A stretch of DNA of 64,000 bases from an uncultured Flavobacteriaceae bacterium (GTDB lineage: Bacteria > Bacteroidota > Bacteroidia > Flavobacteriales > Flavobacteriaceae), in assembly GCA_947500385.1 (NCBI GenBank), contig CANMSA010000007.1, positions 116,929-180,928 of the forward strand. The letters are read 5' to 3'. The notes below the pieces were generated by a model that was not told the origin of the DNA, ran no database searches, and saw nothing but the letters and a program-made list of their open reading frames with translations. Each line of letters begins with the position of its first letter. Positions within the stretch are counted from its first letter, which is position 1. Positions 35,101-45,626 of this stretch are shown one piece after another. A program made the position numbers and the translations under genes.

Positions 35101-35188
35101 CTTGCAGATGGTAGAAATCGAAAAAGAAGATGGGACTGTTGCCGGAACGAAGATTAGCTTTGAAATTCCTTTGTTAACCGATTATTAA
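32159..35188 (+). CDS. LytS-type sensor kinase with beta-propeller and Y_Y_Y domains
   Basis: Repeated GYLWLGT propeller units, one TM helix, LQMNPHFIFN.LN, IQPFVENAI.HG and DNG.G. Confidence 0.92.
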   Translation: MTRHLKYLFPILCFFMARQLGAQNSQLRSYTIEDGLPQSQVYDLLQDDMGYLWLGTQGGGLANFDGDTFEVWNESDGLLSNYIHALHASHDSLFVGTRRGLSIKTKSRFANFKSPQIIQFCPSKNGIYVATKKGVYIFSHHGQLNKIALHPEIDVSEVNAILFDGNYYWLGTNNGLWRLSALSTTATEIRRMATENFTAVIEHQGQILAATFDDGVHIIDSKNPEDRFLMPEPPRVNAMSIHQGDLWIATDDNGIVIVETEKYAEVKRLNAANGLATPHIRKIVSDNRDNLWIATSGGGLYKYFQNNFKHYDKRTGLKGNRVYAVHSTQEGIWLSHSEKGLTRIDSSGIHPLQNEDPFFDVKIKTITSDAKDNLWVGSDNRGILFRETKMVDSLVYSASSTFQISVDTISKKVTKNYLIDESKGFPSDWIRKLVVDDAVVWAATYASGIVQFSYDSDRDSLTVRKVFGKRDGISDLLIKDFVKDSKERFWFATQNGHLGYIKDSKVTRVETQLEGQTGIGTLLFHNDQLFLGTSGKGIWFADLEDPSNFKRLKGAKKGSSNNIYQLVFDDQGYLWAGTERGVDKIELNAANEIIDVYHFGRNDGFLGIETCLNAVDKDTKGNLWFGAIYGLTQHVPSENTKITVPPKVYFTGLEEGYKKIDSLDLKDWTNSDKVLQLTPTQTQLGFSFRTVDLDHPTEIEYRTKLDASDWSPWIKERKQNFAGLAFGAHTFSVQSRNHRWEKSDPIHFQFFIDSPLYQKDWFRWTVLSLAVLLLLGIGWWYIRKIKAKNKAAQAHLETQNYLLTLEQKALRLQMNPHFIFNVLNGIKAMASSKPEKMNTTINSFAVLLRDTLHNSRKETISLADEVRTLEHYIAVEKLMAPEAFDHQIVMATTPGAEEILIPPMLIQPFVENAIRHGILKGERHGILEIGFHTSQTHLKCSITDNGLGIFKSQTEKVKTDHQSMALVVTKERLISIAGTDTLQMVEIEKEDGTVAGTKISFEIPLLTDY

Positions 35189-35204
35189 AGAAGAATAAAA
35201 CCGT

Positions 35205-35954
35205 ATGCTTACAGCGATTATCATAGAAGACATGTACGACGCCTTGGCGCTTTTAAGGAAGGATATCGAAACAAGACATCCTGAAATTGAGATTATTGCT
35301 ACGGCCCAAAGTGTGGTGGAAGCGGCCAAAGTACTACGAAAACAACAACCGGATATCCTTTTTCTGGATATCATGCTCGGGGATGGTACCGGTTTTGATA
35401 TTTTGGAGATTTTTCCAGAATTGAAATCAAAGATTATTTTTGTGACCGCCAGCGATGAGTTTGCGATTCGGGCGTTTAAATTTGCGGCGATCGACTATGT
35501 GTTGAAACCCTATACCCATAACGATTTGAGCATGGCCATTGCACGTGCAAAAGAACAATTACGTCCTGGTGAAGAGCGTTTGCGGATCTTGAAGGATACC
35601 ATAGCCGCCCCGGAACAAAAACCCGATAAGATTTCGCTACATACCTTGGACCAAATTATTATCGTAAGCCTAGACGATATTGTGCGTTGTGAATCGGATA
35701 GCAACAATACTATTTTTCACCTTCAAGACAAGCGGAAGATATTCGTGACTAAAACGTTAAAGTATTTCTCCGATATGCTGACAGGGTATGATTTTCTACG
35801 AATACACCAAAGCCACTTGGTCAACTTACAATGCATCAGCGCTTATATGAAGACGGACGGTGGTTACCTCCTGCTCAAAAACGGGGAAAATGTACCCGTA
35901 TCGGTACGTAAGAAGGCCGAGATCATTGAGATTTTAGATCGGATGCATCGGTAG
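35205..35954 (+). CDS. LytTR-family response regulator
   Basis: REC (FLDIML; AIDYVLKP) plus LytTR (FLRIHQSHLVN; PVSVRK). Confidence 0.93.
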   Translation: MLTAIIIEDMYDALALLRKDIETRHPEIEIIATAQSVVEAAKVLRKQQPDILFLDIMLGDGTGFDILEIFPELKSKIIFVTASDEFAIRAFKFAAIDYVLKPYTHNDLSMAIARAKEQLRPGEERLRILKDTIAAPEQKPDKISLHTLDQIIIVSLDDIVRCESDSNNTIFHLQDKRKIFVTKTLKYFSDMLTGYDFLRIHQSHLVNLQCISAYMKTDGGYLLLKNGENVPVSVRKKAEIIEILDRMHR

Positions 35955-36074
35955 TTCTTACCCATAACAATGCCGTCTAGGTTAAACCCTATTTCCCTAA
36001 ACGAAACGACCGCTTCCCTCATTATAGGTTGTTTTCTGGTTTATATGCTACTAGTTTTGAGGAAAACATAATGT

Positions 36075-37187
36075 ATGAAAACAACTTCAACGAGCATCCT
36101 ATTACTGTATTTGTCCTTAGTAATAATGGGCTGTAAAAAAGGGTCTTCTGTTATGGGGAATCATGCAATCGTTCCCGAGGAGATTGTGCAACTCGATGAC
36201 ATCAGGATCCATGATCCTAAAACTGTTGAAAATCTTAGTCTTTTTGTACTTACAGGCAAGGAAAGAGTGCTGGGAAAAAGATACCACACCTTGGCAGAAG
36301 CGATGGATGCCAAGGCCGTGACGGTTAGGGAAACCGGTGCTGTTAACGAACTCTCGATCGATAATAATGGTACGGACTACATATTCATCCATTCTGGGGA
36401 TATTGTGAAGGGAGGAAAACAAGATCGAACCATTAGTCATGATATTATAGTCGCGCCCAATACCAAAGACATGCCGTTGGCAAGCTTTTGTGTAGAGCAG
36501 GGTAGGTGGCAACAACGCGCCGAGGAAGAGGTAGTCGCCTTTAGTTCGAATACCAAAATGCTCTCGTCAAGAGACCTAAAATTGGCTGCCAAACATGAAA
36601 GCGATCAAGGAAAAGTATGGAGCAAGGTTTCGGAACAAAAGGCTTACTTGAATGAAAAACTATCGAAAAGAAAAGGCTATGCCGTAGACGTTGCAGCAGC
36701 GCAGTCTGCCAGCAGCCTGCAATTGGCTTTGGAGAACGAAGAACTTGAAAAGAGCAAGGATTCTATTTACGAACTCGTAAAGGATTTGATCGACACCCCG
36801 GATGCGATCGGTTACGCCTATGCCATTAACGGGGAAATTTATGGAGTAGACGTATACAACAATCGGCAGCTTTTTGCCGATTTATGGGATAGAATAGTGG
36901 AATCGCTGATCGTAGAGGCCATTAGTAAAGAGGGGGAAGAAAAAAGCGCGGATAAAACAAAAAAGGAAGTACTTGCCTATATGAAGTCTGTAAAGGAAAC
37001 GGATAAAAAGACAACAAAAAAACTTAATACGATTACCAATTTTAAAACCATTGAAAACGAAAAGGGCAGCATTGTATTCTCCACCGAAGATTTGGAAGAA
37101 AAAAAATGGATTCACAAAAGCTATATGCAAATAGATACCGCTGCAGTTGCCCAAAATGAAAGCCCTTTGTTGAACGCACGCCATTAA
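36075..37187 (+). CDS. Lipoprotein with ARPP-1 (DUF6569)-like domain
   Basis: Lipobox IMGC; V.ETG.VNEL.I.N...GDIVKGGKQDRTI...FCVEQGRW...Q..VW motifs. Confidence 0.75.
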   Translation: MKTTSTSILLLYLSLVIMGCKKGSSVMGNHAIVPEEIVQLDDIRIHDPKTVENLSLFVLTGKERVLGKRYHTLAEAMDAKAVTVRETGAVNELSIDNNGTDYIFIHSGDIVKGGKQDRTISHDIIVAPNTKDMPLASFCVEQGRWQQRAEEEVVAFSSNTKMLSSRDLKLAAKHESDQGKVWSKVSEQKAYLNEKLSKRKGYAVDVAAAQSASSLQLALENEELEKSKDSIYELVKDLIDTPDAIGYAYAINGEIYGVDVYNNRQLFADLWDRIVESLIVEAISKEGEEKSADKTKKEVLAYMKSVKETDKKTTKKLNTITNFKTIENEKGSIVFSTEDLEEKKWIHKSYMQIDTAAVAQNESPLLNARH

Positions 37188-37227
37188 TATAATAGCGCCA
37201 GTTAGATTTGATAACCAGCGCTGTTGC

Positions 37228-38706
<1,479 letters not shown>

Positions 38707-38735
38707 TCATGATTCCGGTACAAACTTCCTACTTA

Positions 38736-38758
38736 TTCGCGCAATGATTTTGCGTAGT
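38736..38758. promoter_or_regulatory. Probable WYL operator, imperfect (TTCGCGCA-N7-TGCGTAGT)
   Basis: One arm is identical to the 17173 and 40597 sites; followed on the minus strand by GAAGTTTG, upstream of the second rtcB. Confidence 0.65.
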
Positions 38759-38763
38759 TGGGT

Positions 38764-39828
38764 TTATTGCTGTTTTTCGTTATAGAATTCTTGCCTAACA
38801 CTCGCCAAGAGACTATTTGCAAGCGTTAAGTTAGGGCGATCCTTCAAGTGAGACTTTCGGAATATAATTTCTAACTCGGCTCTTAGTAATTCAGCTTTTT
38901 CAACCAATTCTTCATATTCCAATTCCGCATTTTTTACGGCCAGTAAAAAATCCCTATCCGATCTACGAACTATTATCTTGCTTTGTTCTCCTATTTCCTT
39001 TGCCATATGCAACAAGCGAAACGTATGCATCATGTTTTTGGCATCGTAGTTCTTACTGTGCGAAACATTACTTTTATAGCGTTCATTATTTCTTTTTTCA
39101 ACCCAAGACCAATATTCCTTATACTTTTTGCAATACGATGAGTATCCATCTACGTTGAAATACAGCAGTGCAATGGGTACCTCTGATTTGGGTATGGAAC
39201 TGAGACATACCTCATTTGCATGCGCCCTAGCGATTCCGTTGTACCCCATGGTAGTATCGTAGAAAAGATTGTAGCAATCTTTCATATGACTGATTTTTGC
39301 CAATCCGCAATGGTTGATTTCTAAACCCTCTTGATGTAAAAATGTTTTTAACGGCATGGCGCGTTTTTCTGTTCTTACAAAACAAAAATCGACTACAGAC
39401 CTTCGCTCTTTTTCAACAGGGTTCACGATTTTCTTTTTGAGCCCTCTCGCCTTTTTAATTTGCGTAAAAGCGTAGTTCGCAAAGGTGTCCTTACACAATT
39501 TCGAAAGAAAGTATTCGGATTTCAATTTGTCAAAGAGAGGATGTTTCTGCAGAACACAATCCTCAGGAATGCTTAATAGTTCAAGGATATTGGGATTGTT
39601 CTTTGCTAGTAACTCCACGAACTTTTTAAGCTCATAGTATACGATGTCGTTGGTCTCATTGTTTATTTGACCTACATATTCCAATGAATAATACTTTTCC
39701 TTTGGCAGTACAAAAACTCCACGAATATCGGTATCAGAGGAAGCGGTAGCAAGGCCATATGCTCTGCTACCGCTAATACATTCAAATAGGATGTTTCCCG
39801 AAGCCTTTAGCTCTTTGATTGTTTTCAT
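38764..39828 (-). CDS. Pol-beta-superfamily nucleotidyltransferase
   Basis: GSRAYGLA...SDTDIRGVF, NNPN.LELL and YDAKNMMH..RLL motifs. Confidence 0.88.
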   Translation of the reverse strand: MKTIKELKASGNILFECISGSRAYGLATASSDTDIRGVFVLPKEKYYSLEYVGQINNETNDIVYYELKKFVELLAKNNPNILELLSIPEDCVLQKHPLFDKLKSEYFLSKLCKDTFANYAFTQIKKARGLKKKIVNPVEKERRSVVDFCFVRTEKRAMPLKTFLHQEGLEINHCGLAKISHMKDCYNLFYDTTMGYNGIARAHANEVCLSSIPKSEVPIALLYFNVDGYSSYCKKYKEYWSWVEKRNNERYKSNVSHSKNYDAKNMMHTFRLLHMAKEIGEQSKIIVRRSDRDFLLAVKNAELEYEELVEKAELLRAELEIIFRKSHLKDRPNLTLANSLLASVRQEFYNEKQQ

Positions 39829-40565
39829 TTTGTTATCGTATTGTATAAAAAGCTATTCATTCGTTCACTATCGGGCCTTCCTCCTAAAAGGGATTTGGCG
39901 TACTTTTCATTCACCTCTAGAACAGAGTTTATTAGTTCTATTACCATCTCATTTCTAGCGTGAAGATAGCATTCATTTTTTTTTGATTTAACAGCCATCA
40001 AGTTTCTTATTTCGTCTGCCTCATCCCTTTTTACAAGAGATAACATCTTGCTAAGAACGACAGGTGGCATCGTATTGTGTTCAAGTATCCACTTGCCTGC
40101 TAAAGCGGTTCGCAGTGCGTAAAAGAGACTCTTTAGCTTTACCATATCATCGGTCAGTGTCGCTCTATGTTTTTTGCCCATACTTAAGTAATGATACATA
40201 GCGGCCACAGGAGAAAAACACTCTTTGGCGATTGCTCTAAGCTCTTCTATGGAGTGGCTTTCTCCCATGTATGTGATAGGCGAGAACAAATGTTCTATTG
40301 CTGATACGTTCGACTTTTTGAGTAGGCGCAATTTTTTTCGAAGTTCCCAACCGACCGCGTCAAAATCACCATCCATAAAGTTTATTGTATCCTTTTTTTC
40401 CGAGATCGATAGATACCACTCCAGAGGCGGAGTATATAGAAACCGTACATCGTAATCACTGTCCGGCGATGCGAACCCCCAAGCCCTACTACCAGATTCG
40501 CAAGCGAACAATATATCAACATTTTTATCGGTAGCAAGTGCCTTTAGCTTTGTGTGTATCATCAT
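39825..40565 (-). CDS. Pol-beta-superfamily nucleotidyltransferase (YcgL-like)
   Basis: ESGSRAWGFASPDSDYDVRF, GWELRK and K..FYALR motifs. Confidence 0.9.
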   Translation of the reverse strand: MMIHTKLKALATDKNVDILFACESGSRAWGFASPDSDYDVRFLYTPPLEWYLSISEKKDTINFMDGDFDAVGWELRKKLRLLKKSNVSAIEHLFSPITYMGESHSIEELRAIAKECFSPVAAMYHYLSMGKKHRATLTDDMVKLKSLFYALRTALAGKWILEHNTMPPVVLSKMLSLVKRDEADEIRNLMAVKSKKNECYLHARNEMVIELINSVLEVNEKYAKSLLGGRPDSERMNSFLYNTITK

Positions 40566-40596
40566 TTCTAAATTTATAATACAAACTTGAAAACGA

Positions 40597-40619
40597 ACTA
40601 CGCACTTATTTTGCGTAGT
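40597..40619. promoter_or_regulatory. Probable WYL operator ACTACGCA-N7-TGCGTAGT
   Basis: Perfect palindrome in the 92-bp gap between the divergent WYL gene and the NTase-NTase-rtcB operon. Confidence 0.8.
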
Positions 40620-40657
40620 AAAATACTATTTTTATTTTCACCGTAAATACTTTTAAA

Positions 40658-41671
40658 ATGGCCCTCAATAAAAACGCCCTAATTCGTTACAAGACCATCG
40701 ATAAATGTCTGCAAAACAACTACCGCCAATGGACCTTGGACGATCTGATCCAGGCCTGTTCCGATGCCCTTTATGAGTATGAGGGAAGGGATGTAAACGT
40801 AAGCAAACGCACCATACAGTTAGATATTCAACTCATGCGGAGCGATAAATTGGGGTACAATGCCCCGATAGAGGTCTATTCCAAAAAGTACTATCGTTAT
40901 GCCGATGAGGGTTTTTCCATCACCAACATTCCCATAACGGAAAACGATATGGACGTACTGTCGGAAACGGTGGAGATGTTGAAACAGTTCAAGGATTTTT
41001 CACTGTTTTCGGAACTAGGCGGAATTATTCAACGGTTGGAAGATACCGTGTATACCGAGAAGACCCACCAAGCATCGATTATCCATTTAGATAAAAATGA
41101 AAACCTCAAAGGCCTGCACTGGTTAGATGAATTGTATCGAGCCATCCAGAAAAAGGTAGTATTGGACATTACCTATCAATCTTTTAAGGCTTCCAAACCC
41201 AACGTAATCAAATTTCATCCTTGTTTGCTAAAAGAGTTTAACAATCGTTGGTTTTTGATAGGAATGGGCAGAAAAGGCAGGGGCGTGGTAAACCTAGCGC
41301 TGGACCGTATCATATCCGTTGATTATGATTTTAAAACCGATTATAAAGATTTTGAGTTTAATGCCGACACTTTTTACAAAGACGTAGTGGGAGTTACCGT
41401 AAACCAAGGGGAGCGACCCTCAGATATAAAACTTTGGATAGATAGGCATAATGCACCCTATGTACTTACAAAACCATTACATCATTCGCAGTATGTTGAA
41501 AAAGAGCATGAAGACGGGAGCGTTGAGGTAATGATAAAAGTAAAAATCAATTTTGAATTGGAACGTTTGCTACTTGGTTTTGGAGAAGCCTTGGAGGTAT
41601 TGAAACCAGAGCGGTTGCGGAAGAGGGTTTCAACGAAATTGGCCAAAGCGGTCGCTATGTATCAAGACTAA
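40658..41671 (+). CDS. WYL-domain transcriptional regulator (HTH-WYL-WCX)
   Basis: RY..IDKCL, RTIQLDIQ.MR..LGYNAPI HTH; LKEFNNRWFLIG...ALDRI WYL core; C-terminal WCX. Confidence 0.92.
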   Translation: MALNKNALIRYKTIDKCLQNNYRQWTLDDLIQACSDALYEYEGRDVNVSKRTIQLDIQLMRSDKLGYNAPIEVYSKKYYRYADEGFSITNIPITENDMDVLSETVEMLKQFKDFSLFSELGGIIQRLEDTVYTEKTHQASIIHLDKNENLKGLHWLDELYRAIQKKVVLDITYQSFKASKPNVIKFHPCLLKEFNNRWFLIGMGRKGRGVVNLALDRIISVDYDFKTDYKDFEFNADTFYKDVVGVTVNQGERPSDIKLWIDRHNAPYVLTKPLHHSQYVEKEHEDGSVEVMIKVKINFELERLLLGFGEALEVLKPERLRKRVSTKLAKAVAMYQD

Positions 41672-41744
41672 GGGTTTTAAAATAGTTTCTTAGCTGAGTA
41701 TCCATTAGTTTTATTCTTTCTTTACACATTCCAATAACATAACA

Positions 41745-42692
41745 ATGACCCAACAATCCCTTCTAGACTGCCACGCCCGTATCAAGCCCTATATTCACAA
41801 CACCCCCGTGCTATCTTCCCGTTTGATCAACAAGGAGGTAGGGGCCGAAGTATTCTTTAAGTGCGAAAATTTTCAACGCGCCGGGGCCTATAAAATGAGG
41901 GGTGCCACCAATGCTATTTTACAGCTTACTGCCGAAGAACGCGAAAAAGGGGTCGTAACCCATTCCTCGGGGAATTTTGCCCAAGCGGTTTCCCTTGGAG
42001 CGCAGAGCCTAGGGGTTACCGCCCATATTGTAATGCCTACCTCGGCACCCCAGGTAAAAAAAGTGGGTGTTTTGGAGTATGGGGGGCTTATATATGAATG
42101 CGCCCCTACCCTGGAAGCGCGTCAATCAATGGCCGATACGATTGCTCGTGATACCGGAGCCACTTTTCTACATCCTTCCAATCAATTGAATGTCATTATT
42201 GGGCAGGGAACGGCTGCGATGGAACTGCTGCAAGATACCCCCAATTTAGAAGCGATTTTTTGCCCTGTGGGCGGTGGTGGACTTGTGGCCGGATCGGCCC
42301 TGGCGGCCCATTATTTTGGAACCGACTGCAAAGTCTTTGGGGGCGAACCCTTCGCCGCAGACGATGCCTATCGTTCTTTGCAAAGTGGAACCTTGGAAGG
42401 GAACGAATCGACCAATACCATTGCCGACGGACTAAGAACCACCTTGGGCGATGTGAATTTCCCAATCATACAAAAACATGTTTCGGGTATTATTCGGGTC
42501 ACTGAAGAAGAAATTGTTGCTGCGATGCGTTTGGTGTGGGAACGAATGAAGATCATTATAGAACCTTCTAGCGCCGTTACGGTTGCCGCCTTGCTTCGAG
42601 ATCGAGGGGTTTTTCAAAATCAAAAAGTGGGAATCATTATTTCGGGTGGTAATGTAGATTTGGCTAACTTGCCCTTTCATGCGTCGCTTTAA
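41745..42692 (+). CDS. PLP-dependent Ser/Thr dehydratase or racemase
   Basis: KCENFQRAGAYKMRGA, SSGNFAQA, PVGGGGL and ISGGNVD motifs. Confidence 0.92.
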   Translation: MTQQSLLDCHARIKPYIHNTPVLSSRLINKEVGAEVFFKCENFQRAGAYKMRGATNAILQLTAEEREKGVVTHSSGNFAQAVSLGAQSLGVTAHIVMPTSAPQVKKVGVLEYGGLIYECAPTLEARQSMADTIARDTGATFLHPSNQLNVIIGQGTAAMELLQDTPNLEAIFCPVGGGGLVAGSALAAHYFGTDCKVFGGEPFAADDAYRSLQSGTLEGNESTNTIADGLRTTLGDVNFPIIQKHVSGIIRVTEEEIVAAMRLVWERMKIIIEPSSAVTVAALLRDRGVFQNQKVGIIISGGNVDLANLPFHASL

Positions 42693-43815
42693 GAAAATAC
42701 TTAAAAAAATGGGATGGTTCTTTTTAGGGTTAGTGGTATTTATAACCATTGCCACGATACTTTTTATGGGTTTAAGCCCACAATTTGGAGGGACTCCCAC
42801 CAAGACTGAAAAAGAGCGGTACGCCCGATCTGAGAACTATAACGATGGGGTTTTTATAAACAAAGACAACGTTCAAATGGAAATGGGTTTGGGGAAAATG
42901 TACAAAGGTTTAAAAGGCTACTTTGGCCCCACTCCCAATACACAGCCCGATATGGACGTAAGGGTTCAAAAAATTGATTCCATTGCCATTGCCGATTATG
43001 AAGGGCCGACACGGATGATGTGGTTTGGACATTCGGCCTTTTTACTTCAAATAAGCGGGAAGAACCTATTGATCGATCCCATGTTCGGAAAGGTGCCGGC
43101 ACCACACCCGTGGTTGGGAAATAATCGTTTTAGCGCTGAATTGCCCATTGAAGTCGAGAAATTGCCCAAGATTGATGCGGTGCTCTTTTCGCATGACCAC
43201 TACGATCATTTGGATTATGAATCCATTCAACTGATCAAGGGGAATGTAGGCGTTTTTTATGTGCCCTTGGGCGTAGGGCCGCATTTACGGGCCTGGGGGG
43301 TAGCCGACAGTGCCATTGTTGAGCTCGATTGGTGGGAAGAAGCAGCATTCGAAGACTTACAGTTCGTATGCACCCCGGCACAACACTTTTCGGGCCGTGG
43401 ATTTCGGGATCGCGGAAAGACCTTGTGGAGTTCTTGGGTAATTGCCTCAGCTACTGAAAATATTTTCTTTAGTGGAGATAGTGGATATGGTGAACATTTT
43501 AAGGAAATCGGAAGGCAATATGGGCCGTTTGATTTTGCCATGATGGAGTGTGGCCAGTACAACGAGTTGTGGAAAGAAATTCATATGATGCCCGAAGAAA
43601 CCGCACAGGCCGGAGTTGACGTTGGGGCAAAAATGATGATGCCCATTCACTGGGGTGCCTTTAAGTTGGCTATGCACCCTTGGACCGAACCGGTGGAAAG
43701 GGTCACTAAAAAAGCGACCGAACTGGGCTTGCCGGTAACGGTGCCCGAAATCGGTGCGCCCATTTATCTGAACCCGGAACAACTCTCAAACGAAACTTGG
43801 TGGGAAAACTTCTAA
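42679..43815 (+). CDS. MBL-fold metallo-hydrolase (RomA-like)
   Basis: WFGHS, SHDHYDHLD, PAQHFSGR, GDSGY and PIHWG motifs. Confidence 0.92.
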   Translation: MRRFKKILKKMGWFFLGLVVFITIATILFMGLSPQFGGTPTKTEKERYARSENYNDGVFINKDNVQMEMGLGKMYKGLKGYFGPTPNTQPDMDVRVQKIDSIAIADYEGPTRMMWFGHSAFLLQISGKNLLIDPMFGKVPAPHPWLGNNRFSAELPIEVEKLPKIDAVLFSHDHYDHLDYESIQLIKGNVGVFYVPLGVGPHLRAWGVADSAIVELDWWEEAAFEDLQFVCTPAQHFSGRGFRDRGKTLWSSWVIASATENIFFSGDSGYGEHFKEIGRQYGPFDFAMMECGQYNELWKEIHMMPEETAQAGVDVGAKMMMPIHWGAFKLAMHPWTEPVERVTKKATELGLPVTVPEIGAPIYLNPEQLSNETWWENF

Positions 43816-44094
43816 GGCTATGGTCTATGGCAATCAGTATACAATGTTCATTGAACAATTAACAGTAGTCAGTAAGCAGTAATCAGTGTTCAATGAACAG
43901 TAAGCTCTGAGTAAATGCTTAGCCTATTTTACAACGGGCATCATACATCAGACCTTTTTTACTTGAACTTGATTCTTGAACTTTTTGAGTCTTACGTCTT
44001 TCAGCGTAGCGGTCTTTTGTCTTTGCTCCATAAACAAGGTCTCGACTCCGAAAACAGTTGGCAAACAAAAGTAATCAGTAAGCAGTGCATAGTT

Positions 44095-44140
44095 TTGAAC
44101 TTGAACTTGAACTTGAACTTGGTTCTTGTTCTTGAACTTG
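44095..44140. repeat. (TTGAAC)n hexamer microsatellite
   Basis: ttgaacttgaacttgaacttgaacttgg plus degenerate copies; intergenic. Confidence 0.7.
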
Positions 44141-44173
44141 CCCTGTAGTCGAATTTGATGCTTGCGTTTGAAT

Positions 44174-44602
44174 TTAGTTTTGTAACAAGGCCTCGGCCCT
44201 TTCGATACTTCCGTTCATTTTTTCCTTCACCTCGTTCATCTTCGCTTGATCCTCGTTCAGTAGTTGTTTCTTCTCTTCTGATAAAGGTTCTCCGTTCATG
44301 ATTTCCCCAGAGTTGAAATGATTTCCAAATTCCATCATCCAATCCATCATCGATTTATTGGCATCCTTTAAATCCCGAATCGCATCTTGATAGGTGGTAT
44401 CTGCGGACTCCGGATCAATTTTAGCTTCCAATTTTGAGATAAGGCTGTTGATATTGTTCATTTTGGGCATCACCTCGTCATGTACGGCCATCACCTGTTC
44501 CATTTGAGAAGGGCTTTCGGTTTCTGCAGCTTCTTTTTTTTCTTTACAGGAGGCAATGGCTAGCAACAAGGCTGCCATTACTATGTATGTGAGTTTTTTC
44601 AT
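44174..44602 (-). CDS. Hypothetical lipoprotein
   Basis: Lipobox IASC; V.AVHDEVMPKM...M.DWM helical family. Confidence 0.85.
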   Translation of the reverse strand: MKKLTYIVMAALLLAIASCKEKKEAAETESPSQMEQVMAVHDEVMPKMNNINSLISKLEAKIDPESADTTYQDAIRDLKDANKSMMDWMMEFGNHFNSGEIMNGEPLSEEKKQLLNEDQAKMNEVKEKMNGSIERAEALLQN

Positions 44603-44712
44603 GTTCTGTTTTTTTCAAAAGTAGTTAGTAAGACCCGGATTTCAAACCCTAAAACGGTATTGAAATAGGCCGGCTAATTTGATTTTGCCAACCGTACCGG
44701 GTCGCTACCTTG

Positions 44713-45621
44713 CTATTTTTCGGAATCTTCAAACTCCGCAATGATAGGTTCCAGACCTATATCATACATTTTTTGGGTCATAAAACGCACCAAGGGATCG
44801 GCTTTCTCACTTGATCCGCCTTGGAAGGGCGGTTGTGGATCGTATTCCAAATTCAACATTACATACTCAGCATAATTACGTCCCATGATATGATCTACCA
44901 AGGCCAAACTCATATCAATACCTGCGGAAACCCCTGCGGAGGTCCAGTACTTCCCATCATGGGTGTATCGCTCGTTCACAAACGTAGCTCCGTATCCTTT
45001 GAGTTTTTCCGATGCCCGGTACCAATTGGTGGTGGCCTTTTTTCCTTCTAGAAGTCCGGCTGCGCCCAGGATCCAAGCGCCTGTGCATACACTAGTGGTA
45101 TAGGTGCTGTGTTGATCAATAGTTTTGATCCACCTTAGAAGCTCTTGGTCTTTACTTGCCCTATAGGTTTCTGCAGTACCCCCTGGAACGACCAGGATGT
45201 CTAGTTGTTTCACTTCCGATAAGGTAGTGTCGACTTGGGTAGTGAGTCCGTTATTACTTTTTACCAGCCCTTTTTCCTTGGCAACAAAAAAAGTTTTGGC
45301 GGGGTACATACCACTCCATACCGCATGGGGTCCCATCGCGTCTAGGCTGAAATAACCATCGTACAATAAAATCCCTATAGTCAGAATCGTGTCACGAACG
45401 GGTTCGTACATCAATTGCATCAGTTCGGTATGTGACAAACGTTCCAGTTCTTCGACCGTATAGGCGGTACCATTTGATTTTAGGTTTCTCGCGGTTTTTG
45501 TGTGTTCGACCAGGTTTTCGGGGTGTTGGTTTTTAGGAGTTGCTATGGAATGGTTGTCAATGCAAGAACCCGAGCAATAACAGCAGAAAATAATCAATAA
45601 CATATTTTTCATAGTAATCAT
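44713..45621 (-). CDS. DJ-1/PfpI family protein (exported)
   Basis: LVVPGG, SVCTGAWILG, TSAGVSAGID and EYDPQPPF motifs. Confidence 0.9.
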   Translation of the reverse strand: MITMKNMLLIIFCCYCSGSCIDNHSIATPKNQHPENLVEHTKTARNLKSNGTAYTVEELERLSHTELMQLMYEPVRDTILTIGILLYDGYFSLDAMGPHAVWSGMYPAKTFFVAKEKGLVKSNNGLTTQVDTTLSEVKQLDILVVPGGTAETYRASKDQELLRWIKTIDQHSTYTTSVCTGAWILGAAGLLEGKKATTNWYRASEKLKGYGATFVNERYTHDGKYWTSAGVSAGIDMSLALVDHIMGRNYAEYVMLNLEYDPQPPFQGGSSEKADPLVRFMTQKMYDIGLEPIIAEFEDSEK

Positions 45622-45626
45622 TTTTT

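Noticed and set aside
43830-44150. cagtaagcagtaatcagt and (TTGAAC)n runs as a functional element
   Set aside because: Low-complexity intergenic repeats between convergent genes, with no structure beyond the microsatellite.
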